Below, one piece after another: positions 19,485-27,296 of a stretch of DNA of 31,916 nucleotides (positions within the stretch are counted from its first letter, which is position 1; every line of letters starts with the position of its first letter). The position numbers and the translations under genes are program-made. The stretch is from Calditrichia bacterium (GTDB lineage Bacteria > Calditrichota > Calditrichia > RBG-13-44-9): positions 12,003 to 43,918 of the forward strand of contig JARRQT010000030.1 of the NCBI GenBank assembly GCA_037381445.1, written 5' to 3'. A model generated the notes under the pieces. That model was not told the origin of the DNA. It searched no databases and saw only the letters and a list, made by a program, of their open reading frames with translations.

Positions 19485-20853
19485 TATGGGAAAAGTGATT
19501 GGCGAAATGGATCTGGATGAAATCCTGGATGACATCCGCTATCTGATAAAAGGGGATCAGTCCACCTTCGCATTGAATATTCTCGCCGATCTGCATCCGG
19601 CGGACATCTCGGAAATCATGTCCCATCTGGATGAAGAGGAGCGGCGGGCGCTGTTCAACCTCATTCCATCTGAATTGGCCAGTGAGGTGCTGGTTGAACT
19701 GGAAGAGAACGTCAAAGAAGACGTTTTGGAAGGAATGGACGCCGCCAAAATTGCGGAAATGGTCGTCGAAATGGATTCCGATGATGCGGCGGACCTGGTT
19801 TCCGAACTGCCCGTCGAGCAGGCCAGCGAAGTGCTGGATAAGATAAAGGAAGAAGACTCCGAGGAAATCCAGGAGCTGCTGCTCTACCCTGAAGACACCG
19901 CCGGCGGCTTGATGGCCAAGGAATATGTGGCCGTCAATGTGAATTCCAGCGTCCAGCAGGCCATTGAGGAAATCCGCAGGATGCACCACGATGTGGAAGA
20001 CCTTTACCACTGTTTCGTCATTGATGAATTCGGAACCCTGGTGGGAATGATTTCACTGCGGGACCTTATTCTGTCCGAACCGGAAGTCAAGGTGCGTGAC
20101 ATCATGGAACAGGATATCATCAGTATCGAGAGCACCATGGACCAGGAAGAGGTTGCTCGCCTGTTCAGAAAATACGACCTGGTAGTAGCGCCGGTCGTTA
20201 CCAAACGTCACAAATTGGTGGGCCGCATCACCATTGACGATGTGGTGGATGTTATCGATGAAGAATTGGGAGAAGACCTGGGCCGCATTGCCGGAACCGG
20301 AGAAGAAACCGTTCTGGAAGACAGTATCCTGCAGATCTCCCGTGCCCGCCTGCCCTGGCTGGTCCTCTCGTTTGTGGGGGAAGTGATGTCCGCACTGATT
20401 CTCAGCTCTTTTTCCGTGACCATGGAAAAAATAATTGCTTCCGCCTTTTTCATCCCCATCGTGATGGCCATGGGCGGCAGTTCCGGCCAGCAATCCAGCA
20501 TCATTGTGGTTCGCGGTATCGCCACCGGCGAAATCGGGTACCGGGACACCGGGCGCCGGCTGTTCCGTGAAATCCGGGTGGCCCTGCTCAACGGGCTGGC
20601 GCTGGCCTGCCTGATTTTCACAGTGATAACCCTCTGGCAGGGGGATTATCATTTTGGCGCCATCCTGGGAATAACACTCATCATCGTGGTTCTCAATGCG
20701 TCGATTATCGGCGCGCTGGTACCCATCGTCTTCAAAAAGCTGAACATCGATCCCGCGCTGGCAACCGGTCCCTTCATCGCCACCTTTAATGACGTATTCG
20801 GACTCCTGATCTACTTTTCACTTCTTTCCTTCTTCCTGCAATTTTACTCGTAA
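19477..20853 (+). CDS. mgtE: magnesium transporter MgtE
   Basis: LHPADI, YPEDTAGGLM, CBS pair, GRITIDD, RLPWL, DPALATGPFIATFND. Confidence 0.97.
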   Translation: MSDMGKVIGEMDLDEILDDIRYLIKGDQSTFALNILADLHPADISEIMSHLDEEERRALFNLIPSELASEVLVELEENVKEDVLEGMDAAKIAEMVVEMDSDDAADLVSELPVEQASEVLDKIKEEDSEEIQELLLYPEDTAGGLMAKEYVAVNVNSSVQQAIEEIRRMHHDVEDLYHCFVIDEFGTLVGMISLRDLILSEPEVKVRDIMEQDIISIESTMDQEEVARLFRKYDLVVAPVVTKRHKLVGRITIDDVVDVIDEELGEDLGRIAGTGEETVLEDSILQISRARLPWLVLSFVGEVMSALILSSFSVTMEKIIASAFFIPIVMAMGGSSGQQSSIIVVRGIATGEIGYRDTGRRLFREIRVALLNGLALACLIFTVITLWQGDYHFGAILGITLIIVVLNASIIGALVPIVFKKLNIDPALATGPFIATFNDVFGLLIYFSLLSFFLQFYS

Positions 20854-20868
20854 TCCAGGCTTTCCGCG

Positions 20869-21636
20869 ATGCAGACCCTTAAGACAGAAGCCCTTGTTGT
20901 TCAGAGCATGCGCTGGAGCGATACCAGCAAAATTGTTCATCTTTTCTGCGAAGAAAAAGGGTACTTAAAGGTGATTGCCAAAGGGGCCATGCGGCCCAAA
21001 AGTCAATTCCGTGGCGTGCTGGAAAACCTGAACCGTATAGAAGCGGTTATCTCGGTACGGGAAAGTCGGGGGCTGCAGATCATTTCTCAGGCGGCATTGA
21101 CCGATCCCTACAGCAATATCCGCGAAGACCTCAGCGCCACAGCCATTGCCTATTCCATGATGGAAATCATAAAAGCATTTGTTCATTACAACGAGGCGGC
21201 CCGGCCGCTCTTTCAGTTCACCGTCCGCCTGCTGGAATCGCTGAACCGCAAGGACAGCTCCCATCCGCGGCTGCACCTTTTCCGCTTCATTTTATTTGTG
21301 AGCGATTATCTTGGTTTCGGATGGAATTCGAGTGAATGCCGGGTGTGCGGACGTGAACCACGGAAATTTCCCCTGAAGGTGGACTTGGTGAACGGCGCGG
21401 TCATTTGTCCGGACTGCCGCAGCGAGTTGATCCAACGGCCATACTGGCTGGAACGATTCCAATGGGAACTGCTGGTCAATCTGCAGGACACTTCCCCCGA
21501 AGAACTCCATCAATTTCTGCAAAACGTCCCGGAGGATACGAGCTACCGGCCGCTGCTGGAAATGCTGCTTGCCCACATCAACTATCACACCGATCAGACC
21601 CTTCAATTAAAATCTTTGAAAATGTATATTCCCTAA
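20869..21636 (+). CDS. recO: DNA repair protein RecO
   Basis: N-terminal OB fold (IAKGAMRPKS), zinc finger CRVC...CPDC, C-terminal LKSL. Confidence 0.93.
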   Translation: MQTLKTEALVVQSMRWSDTSKIVHLFCEEKGYLKVIAKGAMRPKSQFRGVLENLNRIEAVISVRESRGLQIISQAALTDPYSNIREDLSATAIAYSMMEIIKAFVHYNEAARPLFQFTVRLLESLNRKDSSHPRLHLFRFILFVSDYLGFGWNSSECRVCGREPRKFPLKVDLVNGAVICPDCRSELIQRPYWLERFQWELLVNLQDTSPEELHQFLQNVPEDTSYRPLLEMLLAHINYHTDQTLQLKSLKMYIP

Positions 21637-21851
21637 TTATATTTCCCAGCTAAAATTATAGGCGGAAAGGGACCCGGAATTGCCATCAGAAACATTTGAA
21701 TAACCAGCTTCTGCCAGCAAATGATCGGATTTTATTTTTGATTGCCGGGTCATTGAAAATTCGCGAGAATATGAACCAGAATTTTTTTGTTTATATTATT
21801 GAGTTATAAAAAAGAATGGAAATAAGTAGCATTTAAAAAAGGGGCAAGATT

Positions 21852-23153
21852 TTGGCGAAGAATAACGCACCGACCGTGATGGACAAACTGGTTTCTCTGG
21901 CAAAACGCCGGGGCTTTGTTTTTCAGAGCAGCGAAATTTATGGCGGTTTGAACAGCTGTTACGATTATGGTCCATTGGGCATTGAAATGAAGAAGAACAT
22001 CAAAGAACTGTGGTGGAAGTCCATGGTTTATGAGCGGGACGACATTGAAGGGATTGATGCCAGTATTCTGATGCACCCCAAAGTGTGGGAAGCGTCGGGC
22101 CACATTGAAGGCTTTACCGATCCGCTGGTGGACTGCAAAGTATGCAAAATGCGCTGGCGGGCGGATCAGATAGATATCACAAAAGGCTGTCCCAACTGCG
22201 GCGGAGAATTGACCGCGCCCCGGCAATTCAATCTCATGTTTAAGACATTTATGGGGCCGGTGGAAGATGCCGCCAATATAGTCTATTTGCGGCCCGAAAC
22301 CGCGCAGGGAATATACGTAAATTTCCACAATGTGCGCGAAGCCAGTCGTCAGAAAGTGCCGTTCGGCATCGCCCAGATCGGAAAGGCCTTCCGCAATGAA
22401 ATAACACCCGGCAACTTCATCTTCCGCACCCGCGAATTCGAGCAGATGGAAATGCAGTTTTTCGTAAAACCCGGCGCTGATGAAGAATGGTTCCAGTTCT
22501 GGAAGGAACGCCGGATCGCCTGGTATGAGCGGCTGGGCGTCCGTTCGGAAAAGCTTCGCTTCCATCAGCATAGCGAAAAGGAGCTTGCCCATTATGCCAA
22601 GGCCGCTTTTGATATCGAATTCGAATTCCCCTTCGGATGGAGCGAAATCGAGGGGATTCATAACCGGACGGATTTTGACCTGAAACGCCATCAGGATTAT
22701 TCGGGAAGGGACCTGCGTTATTTTGATCAGGACGCCGGCGAAAAATATATACCTTATGTGGTGGAAACATCCACGGGCGTGGACCGGCTGATGCTCACGG
22801 CACTGGTTGACGCTTACGAGGAGCAGGAAGAACGGGTCGTTCTTCACCTCAAGCCCCAGATCGCGCCCATCAAAGCAGCCGTTTTCCCGTTGGTTAAAAA
22901 GGACGGAATGCCGGAAGCGGCCCATGAAATCGTCAACGGACTGCGCAAAGATTTCAAGGTTTTCTATGACGAATCCGGTTCGGTGGGGCGCCGCTATCGC
23001 CGGCAGGATGAAGCAGGCACACCCTACTGCATTACCGTGGACAGCCAGACCGCTGAAGATGGCACCGTCACCGTGCGCGAACGGGACAGCATGGAACAAA
23101 TCCGGATCAGCAAAGATAAAGTATTTGAATTCCTGAAAGAAAAATTAAGCTGA
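21852..23153 (+). CDS. glyQS: glycine--tRNA ligase, homodimeric (alpha2) type
   Basis: [53 protein letters not shown] anticodon domain; TTG start. Confidence 0.97.
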   Translation: MAKNNAPTVMDKLVSLAKRRGFVFQSSEIYGGLNSCYDYGPLGIEMKKNIKELWWKSMVYERDDIEGIDASILMHPKVWEASGHIEGFTDPLVDCKVCKMRWRADQIDITKGCPNCGGELTAPRQFNLMFKTFMGPVEDAANIVYLRPETAQGIYVNFHNVREASRQKVPFGIAQIGKAFRNEITPGNFIFRTREFEQMEMQFFVKPGADEEWFQFWKERRIAWYERLGVRSEKLRFHQHSEKELAHYAKAAFDIEFEFPFGWSEIEGIHNRTDFDLKRHQDYSGRDLRYFDQDAGEKYIPYVVETSTGVDRLMLTALVDAYEEQEERVVLHLKPQIAPIKAAVFPLVKKDGMPEAAHEIVNGLRKDFKVFYDESGSVGRRYRRQDEAGTPYCITVDSQTAEDGTVTVRERDSMEQIRISKDKVFEFLKEKLS

Positions 23154-23183
23154 GCTATTTCTCTTTAAAGCAGAAAATTGAAC

Positions 23184-23543
23184 ATGGCCAATATATATAA
23201 TGCACCGGAAATTACGGTGCAGGAAGTTGCGGAAAAACTCAACAGTCAAAATTCCTTGGTCCTTCTGGATGTGCGGGAGCCCCGGGAACTGGAGTATGCC
23301 AGAATCGACCACCCAGCAGTGGAACTGGCGCCGCTCAGCCTTTTATCGACGCGGCAAATGGACGCGCTGCCGGAGGCGGCCCTGAATAAGGAAACCGAGA
23401 TTGTGGTTGTCTGCCACCATGGGGTGCGCAGCGCAGAGGTCACTGCCTGGCTGCGGAAGCACGGCTGGCAGAATGTTTACAGCATGGAAGGAGGATTGGC
23501 GGCATTCGCCAGCGAAATCGATCCTTCCATGGGACAATATTAA
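23184..23543 (+). CDS. single-domain rhodanese-like sulfurtransferase
   Basis: LLDVREPRE, active-site loop CHHGVRS, SMEGG. Confidence 0.9.
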   Translation: MANIYNAPEITVQEVAEKLNSQNSLVLLDVREPRELEYARIDHPAVELAPLSLLSTRQMDALPEAALNKETEIVVVCHHGVRSAEVTAWLRKHGWQNVYSMEGGLAAFASEIDPSMGQY

Positions 23544-23577
23544 TGTTTCTCATGAACAAAACTTCAGGGTTGCATTT

Positions 23578-24051
23578 ATGAAAATAAAAGACTCAATCTT
23601 TCACCTCTTTCTTGCTGCGCTCCTTCTGCTTCCCCTGGTCGCCGGCCAGTGCTTGGCCAAAAATCCGGGCTTTGGGGTAGGAATCATTCTGGGAGAGCCT
23701 ACAGGCATCAGCATCAAAAGCTGGCAGAGCGGCAAAACCGCCATCGATGCGGCCATCGCCTGGTCTCTGGGGAATGAGAGCAGTTTTCATTTCCACGCCG
23801 ATTATCTGGTCCACAATTTCAGCGCTTTCCAGGTCGAAAAAAACAAAATCCCCATATATTACGGCATCGGCGGCCGAATCAAATTCGAAGATGACAGCAA
23901 ACTGGGGATTCGTTTCCCGCTGGGGACCACATTCTTTTTCACGGACATCCCGCTTGACTTTTTCATGGAGATCGTACCCATACTCAATCTGACGCCAGCC
24001 ACCGAATTCGATCTGAATGCCGCGCTGGGCATGCACTTCTATTTTCACTAA
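23578..24051 (+). CDS. small outer-membrane beta-barrel protein (DUF3996-like)
   Basis: Signal peptide, then GFGVGIILGEPTGISIK, amphipathic strands and an aromatic C-terminal beta-signal (MHFYFH). Confidence 0.7.
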   Translation: MKIKDSIFHLFLAALLLLPLVAGQCLAKNPGFGVGIILGEPTGISIKSWQSGKTAIDAAIAWSLGNESSFHFHADYLVHNFSAFQVEKNKIPIYYGIGGRIKFEDDSKLGIRFPLGTTFFFTDIPLDFFMEIVPILNLTPATEFDLNAALGMHFYFH

Positions 24052-24145
24052 ATTCAATTCACCTGAAGCGGAAATCAAGAGCAGTGCGGAATCCGGTCTC
24101 CTTGGATTTTAAGTTCTCATAGCAAAATAAAATGGGAGGAGAGAT

Positions 24146-24940
24146 ATGGATTTAAAACTCGCGAACCGTGTTGCAATGGTAGCTGCGGCCAGTAAGGGCA
24201 TCGGCCGGGGAATCGCCTGCGCTCTGTTGAAAGAGGGCTGCCATGTGTCTATCTGCGCCAGAACGGTTTCCGATCTGGAAAATACCCGGAGGGAGCTGCA
24301 GGAAGAAGCTGGCGCAGCCAGAATTCTGGCCTTCCCCTGCGATGTAAGCCGGTCCGAGGATCTGAACAGGTGGTATCAGGAAACCAAAAAGGCACTGGGC
24401 ACAATTGATATTCTGGTAACCAATACCGGCGGACCGCCCGCCGGGCGCTTCATGGAGCTCACCGAGGACCGCTGGCTGCACGGAATCGAGTCCACGCTGA
24501 TGAATGTGGTGCGCCTCAGCCGCCTGGTGATCCCCGATATGCAAAAGCAGAAATGGGGTAGAATTCTGCATATCACCTCCCTGGCCGCGAAACAACCCGT
24601 GGATATACTGGCCATCAGCAACACATTGCGCGCCGGAATTTCGGCACTCACCAAGACCCTGTCAAATGAATATGCTTCGTATGGAATTTGCATCAATGCT
24701 TTGCTTCCCGGTCATATTCTCACCGACCGCCAGAAGGAACTCAACAGCATAAAGTCCAAAGAGCTGGGAATAACAATTGAGCAATATGCGGGAAAGATCC
24801 AGAAAAGTATCCCCGCCGGACGGTATGGCAGTCCGGAGGAGATCGGTGATGTTGCAGCGTTTCTGTGCAGCGACAGGGCCGGTTATCTCACCGGCGCCTC
24901 CATTCAGGTTGACGGCGGATTGATACAGAGCACCTTTTAA
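24146..24940 (+). CDS. SDR family oxidoreductase (3-oxoacyl-ACP reductase-like subgroup)
   Basis: [54 protein letters not shown]. Confidence 0.93.
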   Translation: MDLKLANRVAMVAAASKGIGRGIACALLKEGCHVSICARTVSDLENTRRELQEEAGAARILAFPCDVSRSEDLNRWYQETKKALGTIDILVTNTGGPPAGRFMELTEDRWLHGIESTLMNVVRLSRLVIPDMQKQKWGRILHITSLAAKQPVDILAISNTLRAGISALTKTLSNEYASYGICINALLPGHILTDRQKELNSIKSKELGITIEQYAGKIQKSIPAGRYGSPEEIGDVAAFLCSDRAGYLTGASIQVDGGLIQSTF

Positions 24941-25057
24941 GAGGAAAGAAGAATATCTGTTTTGAAAATTCACCGTCGCATGGATTTTAATTCTGCCTGT
25001 AAAGGACTCCTGTTTCGATGAGCCGGATGCGAGATGAATGCAGAGGAATTTGTTGAT

Positions 25058-25092
25058 AAAAAAAGGGCTGGTTTTCTCAGCCCTTTTATTTT
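25058..25092. terminator. bidirectional Rho-independent terminator between the SDR gene and the tRNA cluster
   Basis: AAAAGGGCTG-gttttct-CAGCCCTTTT flanked by A- and T-tracts. Confidence 0.8.
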
Positions 25093-25167
25093 GGCGCTCC
25101 CAAGGGGATTCGAACCCCTGTCGCCGGCGTGAAAGGCCAGTGTCCTAGGCCTCTAGACGATGGGAGC
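25092..25167 (-). tRNA. tRNA-Glu(TTC)
   Basis: GCTCCCATCGTCTAGAGGCCTAGGAC...CTGGC-CTTTCAC-GCCGG...GGTTCGAATCC...GGGAGCGCCA; CCA encoded. Confidence 0.97.
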
Positions 25168-25196
25168 AGTTTTCCTCTCTCTTCAAGAGGGCGAAA

Positions 25197-25225
25197 AATA
25201 TAATGTTCCGAACACCCAAAAACAA
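25197..25225 (-). promoter_or_regulatory. promoter for tRNA-Glu
   Basis: TTGTTT-N17-TATATT. Confidence 0.55.
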
Positions 25226-25240
25226 GACATTTTCAAAAAG

Positions 25241-25315
25241 GGTGGATGATGGGATTTGAACCCACGACCCCCAGGGCCACAACCTGGTGCTCTAACCAAC
25301 TGAGCTACATCCACC
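25241..25315 (-). tRNA. tRNA-His(GTG)
   Basis: Encoded G-1; GGTGGATGTAGCTCAGTTGG...CCAGG-TTGTGGC-CCTGG...GGTTCAAATCC...CATCCACC with C73 discriminator. Confidence 0.97.
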
Positions 25316-25341
25316 ATGTGCCGGTTTGAATCCGGCCCGGA

Positions 25342-25370
25342 AATTTAAAGAACAAACTTGCCGAAAGCAA
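25342..25370 (-). promoter_or_regulatory. promoter for tRNA-His
   Basis: TTGCTT-N17-TAAATT. Confidence 0.5.
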
Positions 25371-25389
25371 CAACGCAAATCTTAAGCTG

Positions 25390-25462
25390 CGCTCCCTGGA
25401 GGATTCGAACCTCCGACCAACGGCTTAGAAGGCCGCTGCTCTATCCACTGAGCTAAGGGAGC
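25390..25462 (-). tRNA. tRNA-Arg(TCT)
   Basis: GCTCCCTTAGCTCAGTGGATAGAGC...GCGGC-CTTCTAA-GCCGT...GGTTCGAATCC...GGGAGCG. Confidence 0.97.
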
Positions 25463-25470
25463 TTATTCAG

Positions 25471-25548
<78 letters not shown>

Positions 25549-25586
25549 AAATACCTCAAATATTCAATTAAATATTTGAGCCGAAA

Positions 25587-25615
25587 AATATAACTGATAT
25601 TTCCGGAAAAGTCAA
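25587..25615 (-). promoter_or_regulatory. promoter for tRNA-Pro/tRNA-Arg
   Basis: TTGACT-N17-TATATT, close to consensus. Confidence 0.65.
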
Positions 25616-25838
25616 GACTCCAAAATTCTCGGCGGGGAAGCATTTTTTTGAGGCAAAAATCTGGTCGGGGTCATGAGCAGGGGAATGTAAAAATATAGCA
25701 CATTCATATTCAGACACTCATATAATCATATGTAAGGATGGAAATGTTTGCATTGCCGTATCGTATTTCCGTTCCCGTAAATGGCCAAATAACATTGTTT
25801 AAATTTTCCACGATCAGTAAACCACAGCAAAATGCCCT

Positions 25839-25855
25839 TTGGCATGGAGATTGAC
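25839..25855 (+). promoter_or_regulatory. candidate sigma54 (-24/-12) promoter
   Basis: TTGGCATGGAGATTGAC versus consensus TGGCACG-N4-TTGC (-12 is GA, not GC), 30 nt upstream of ATG 25886. Confidence 0.45.
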
Positions 25856-25885
25856 ATAGCAAACCGTAAAAACAAGGAGGATCCT

Positions 25886-26569
25886 ATGAAGTTAAGATTA
25901 CTGGCAATTATATTCGGAATGTTTATCATATTTTCAGCGTTTCTGATGCAGCCCAGTTTCAATGGAAGCGCACCGGGCTGTTCCGGCGGCAGTTGTCACA
26001 CTTTCCAGAGCGGACTTGTCTCCGCTACGCCTCTCAACAATCTGCAGGTGCAGGTAACAGTCACCGGTGTGCAGGCCGGCAGAGCGGTGGCCGGGGAACT
26101 GGTGGATCAAAGCGGAACGGTGGTTGACGTCATTAACAGCACAACTGACAATCCCTTTACACTATCCGCTCCCTCTGCGGGCGAATATACCATAAATGCC
26201 GGGTTCAAGAGTCCTTCCCGGGAATGGGATTCAACCAGCGTCAATCTTGGCGCCACGGGCATCAATATCCCTTCGCCCTCTCGGGTGGGCTCCTCATTCG
26301 AATTGTTCCCGAACCATCCCAACCCCTTTAACAGCGAGACAATTATCAAATTTTCCCTCCCCAGGGATGCCGAAGCCGAGCTGGTTATTTTCAACATCAA
26401 CGGCCAGGTCGTCCGCAACCTGGCCAGCGGGCATTTCGCTTCGGGCATTCACACCCTCCGCTGGAACGGAAAAGACAACACCGGCCAGACCTGCGCTTCC
26501 GGCATGTATCTATGCCAGATTAAAAGCGGACGGCATACCATGGTGAGACGGCTAATCTTTTCTAAATAG
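25886..26569 (+). CDS. small secreted protein with N-terminal CX4CH motif and C-terminal FlgD-Ig / T9SS type-A-like sorting domain
   Basis: RBS AAGGAGG; signal peptide MKLRLLAIIFGMFIIFSAF; GCSGGSCH; C-terminal FELFPNHPNPFNSETIIKFSLP...IFNINGQVVR...WNGKDNTGQTCASGMYLCQIK. Confidence 0.85.
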   Translation: MKLRLLAIIFGMFIIFSAFLMQPSFNGSAPGCSGGSCHTFQSGLVSATPLNNLQVQVTVTGVQAGRAVAGELVDQSGTVVDVINSTTDNPFTLSAPSAGEYTINAGFKSPSREWDSTSVNLGATGINIPSPSRVGSSFELFPNHPNPFNSETIIKFSLPRDAEAELVIFNINGQVVRNLASGHFASGIHTLRWNGKDNTGQTCASGMYLCQIKSGRHTMVRRLIFSK

Positions 26570-26584
26570 GCTTAACAAATACTC

Positions 26585-26643
26585 GACGGGAGGGAGATAT
26601 TTGCCTTCATCACCGATCTCCTTCTCGTCCTTATTAACTTTTT
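26585..26643 (+). terminator. 3' stem-loop / probable terminator
   Basis: GACGGGAGGGAGAT-N17-ATCTCCTTCTCGTC, a 14-bp stem with two G-U pairs, followed by a T-rich tail. Confidence 0.55.
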
Positions 26644-26765
26644 GTATCTCTCCCCTATACCCCTTCATTTTTTCATCCTGCAATAATTTTTGCACAAAAT
26701 CATCTTGCGGTGATATAAGCTCACCTTTAACTTTATCCTGTACCGTTTCTTACAAGCAGGGATTT

Positions 26766-27296
26766 ATGAAAAACATAGAGATCAAATACAGGGTAAAATC
26801 CATTCAGGAACTGCAAAATTTTCTATCCGGCGCGGATGAAGTCAAACGTGTGTGGCAGCGGGAACAACAGGACATTTATTATAATATACCCAATGGCCGC
26901 TTAAAACTCAGGTTGGAAGACGATACGGACTCACAGCTTATTTTTTACCGGAGAGACAACTCCGATCAGGCAAGAGAGAGTAATTATTTCATCTACCGAT
27001 CGGATAAGGCCGAAGATTTGTCGAACATTCTGGGAATGGCACTGGGCAGGAAATTGATCGTTAAAAAAGTCCGGACGCTTCTTATGTTTCGAAACGTCCG
27101 CATACACCTGGACCGGGTGGAAGGCCTGGGGGAATTCCTGGAATTCGAATCCGTGGTGAACGGAGACACCAGCGAACAAGAAGCACAGCGGAATCTGGCG
27201 GAGATACAGGCCTTTTTGTCCGGTTTTGAATTTCATCCTGTTCCGGAAAGCTATTCCGATCTTTTAACAGATAAATCAGGAGGGAAAAAGCAATGA
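26766..27296 (+). CDS. CYTH-domain protein (class IV adenylate cyclase-like / triphosphate tunnel metalloenzyme)
   Basis: NIEIK, QQDIYY, GRLKLR, VKKVR, RIHLDRVEGLGEFLEFE, SYSDLL. Start at ATG 26766. Confidence 0.9.
   Translation: MKNIEIKYRVKSIQELQNFLSGADEVKRVWQREQQDIYYNIPNGRLKLRLEDDTDSQLIFYRRDNSDQARESNYFIYRSDKAEDLSNILGMALGRKLIVKKVRTLLMFRNVRIHLDRVEGLGEFLEFESVVNGDTSEQEAQRNLAEIQAFLSGFEFHPVPESYSDLLTDKSGGKKQ

Noticed and set aside
21637..21851. T-box riboswitch upstream of glyQS
   Set aside because: No T-box consensus (GGTGGnACCGCG) or terminator/antiterminator pair; the region is AT-rich and promoter-like
21804..23099. Long antisense ORFs (431 aa here; also 1885-2664, 2677-3486, 8854-9720, 13281-14297, 17793-18539, 30667-31503)
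   Set aside because: They are shadows of well-supported genes on the opposite strand and contain no recognisable motifs
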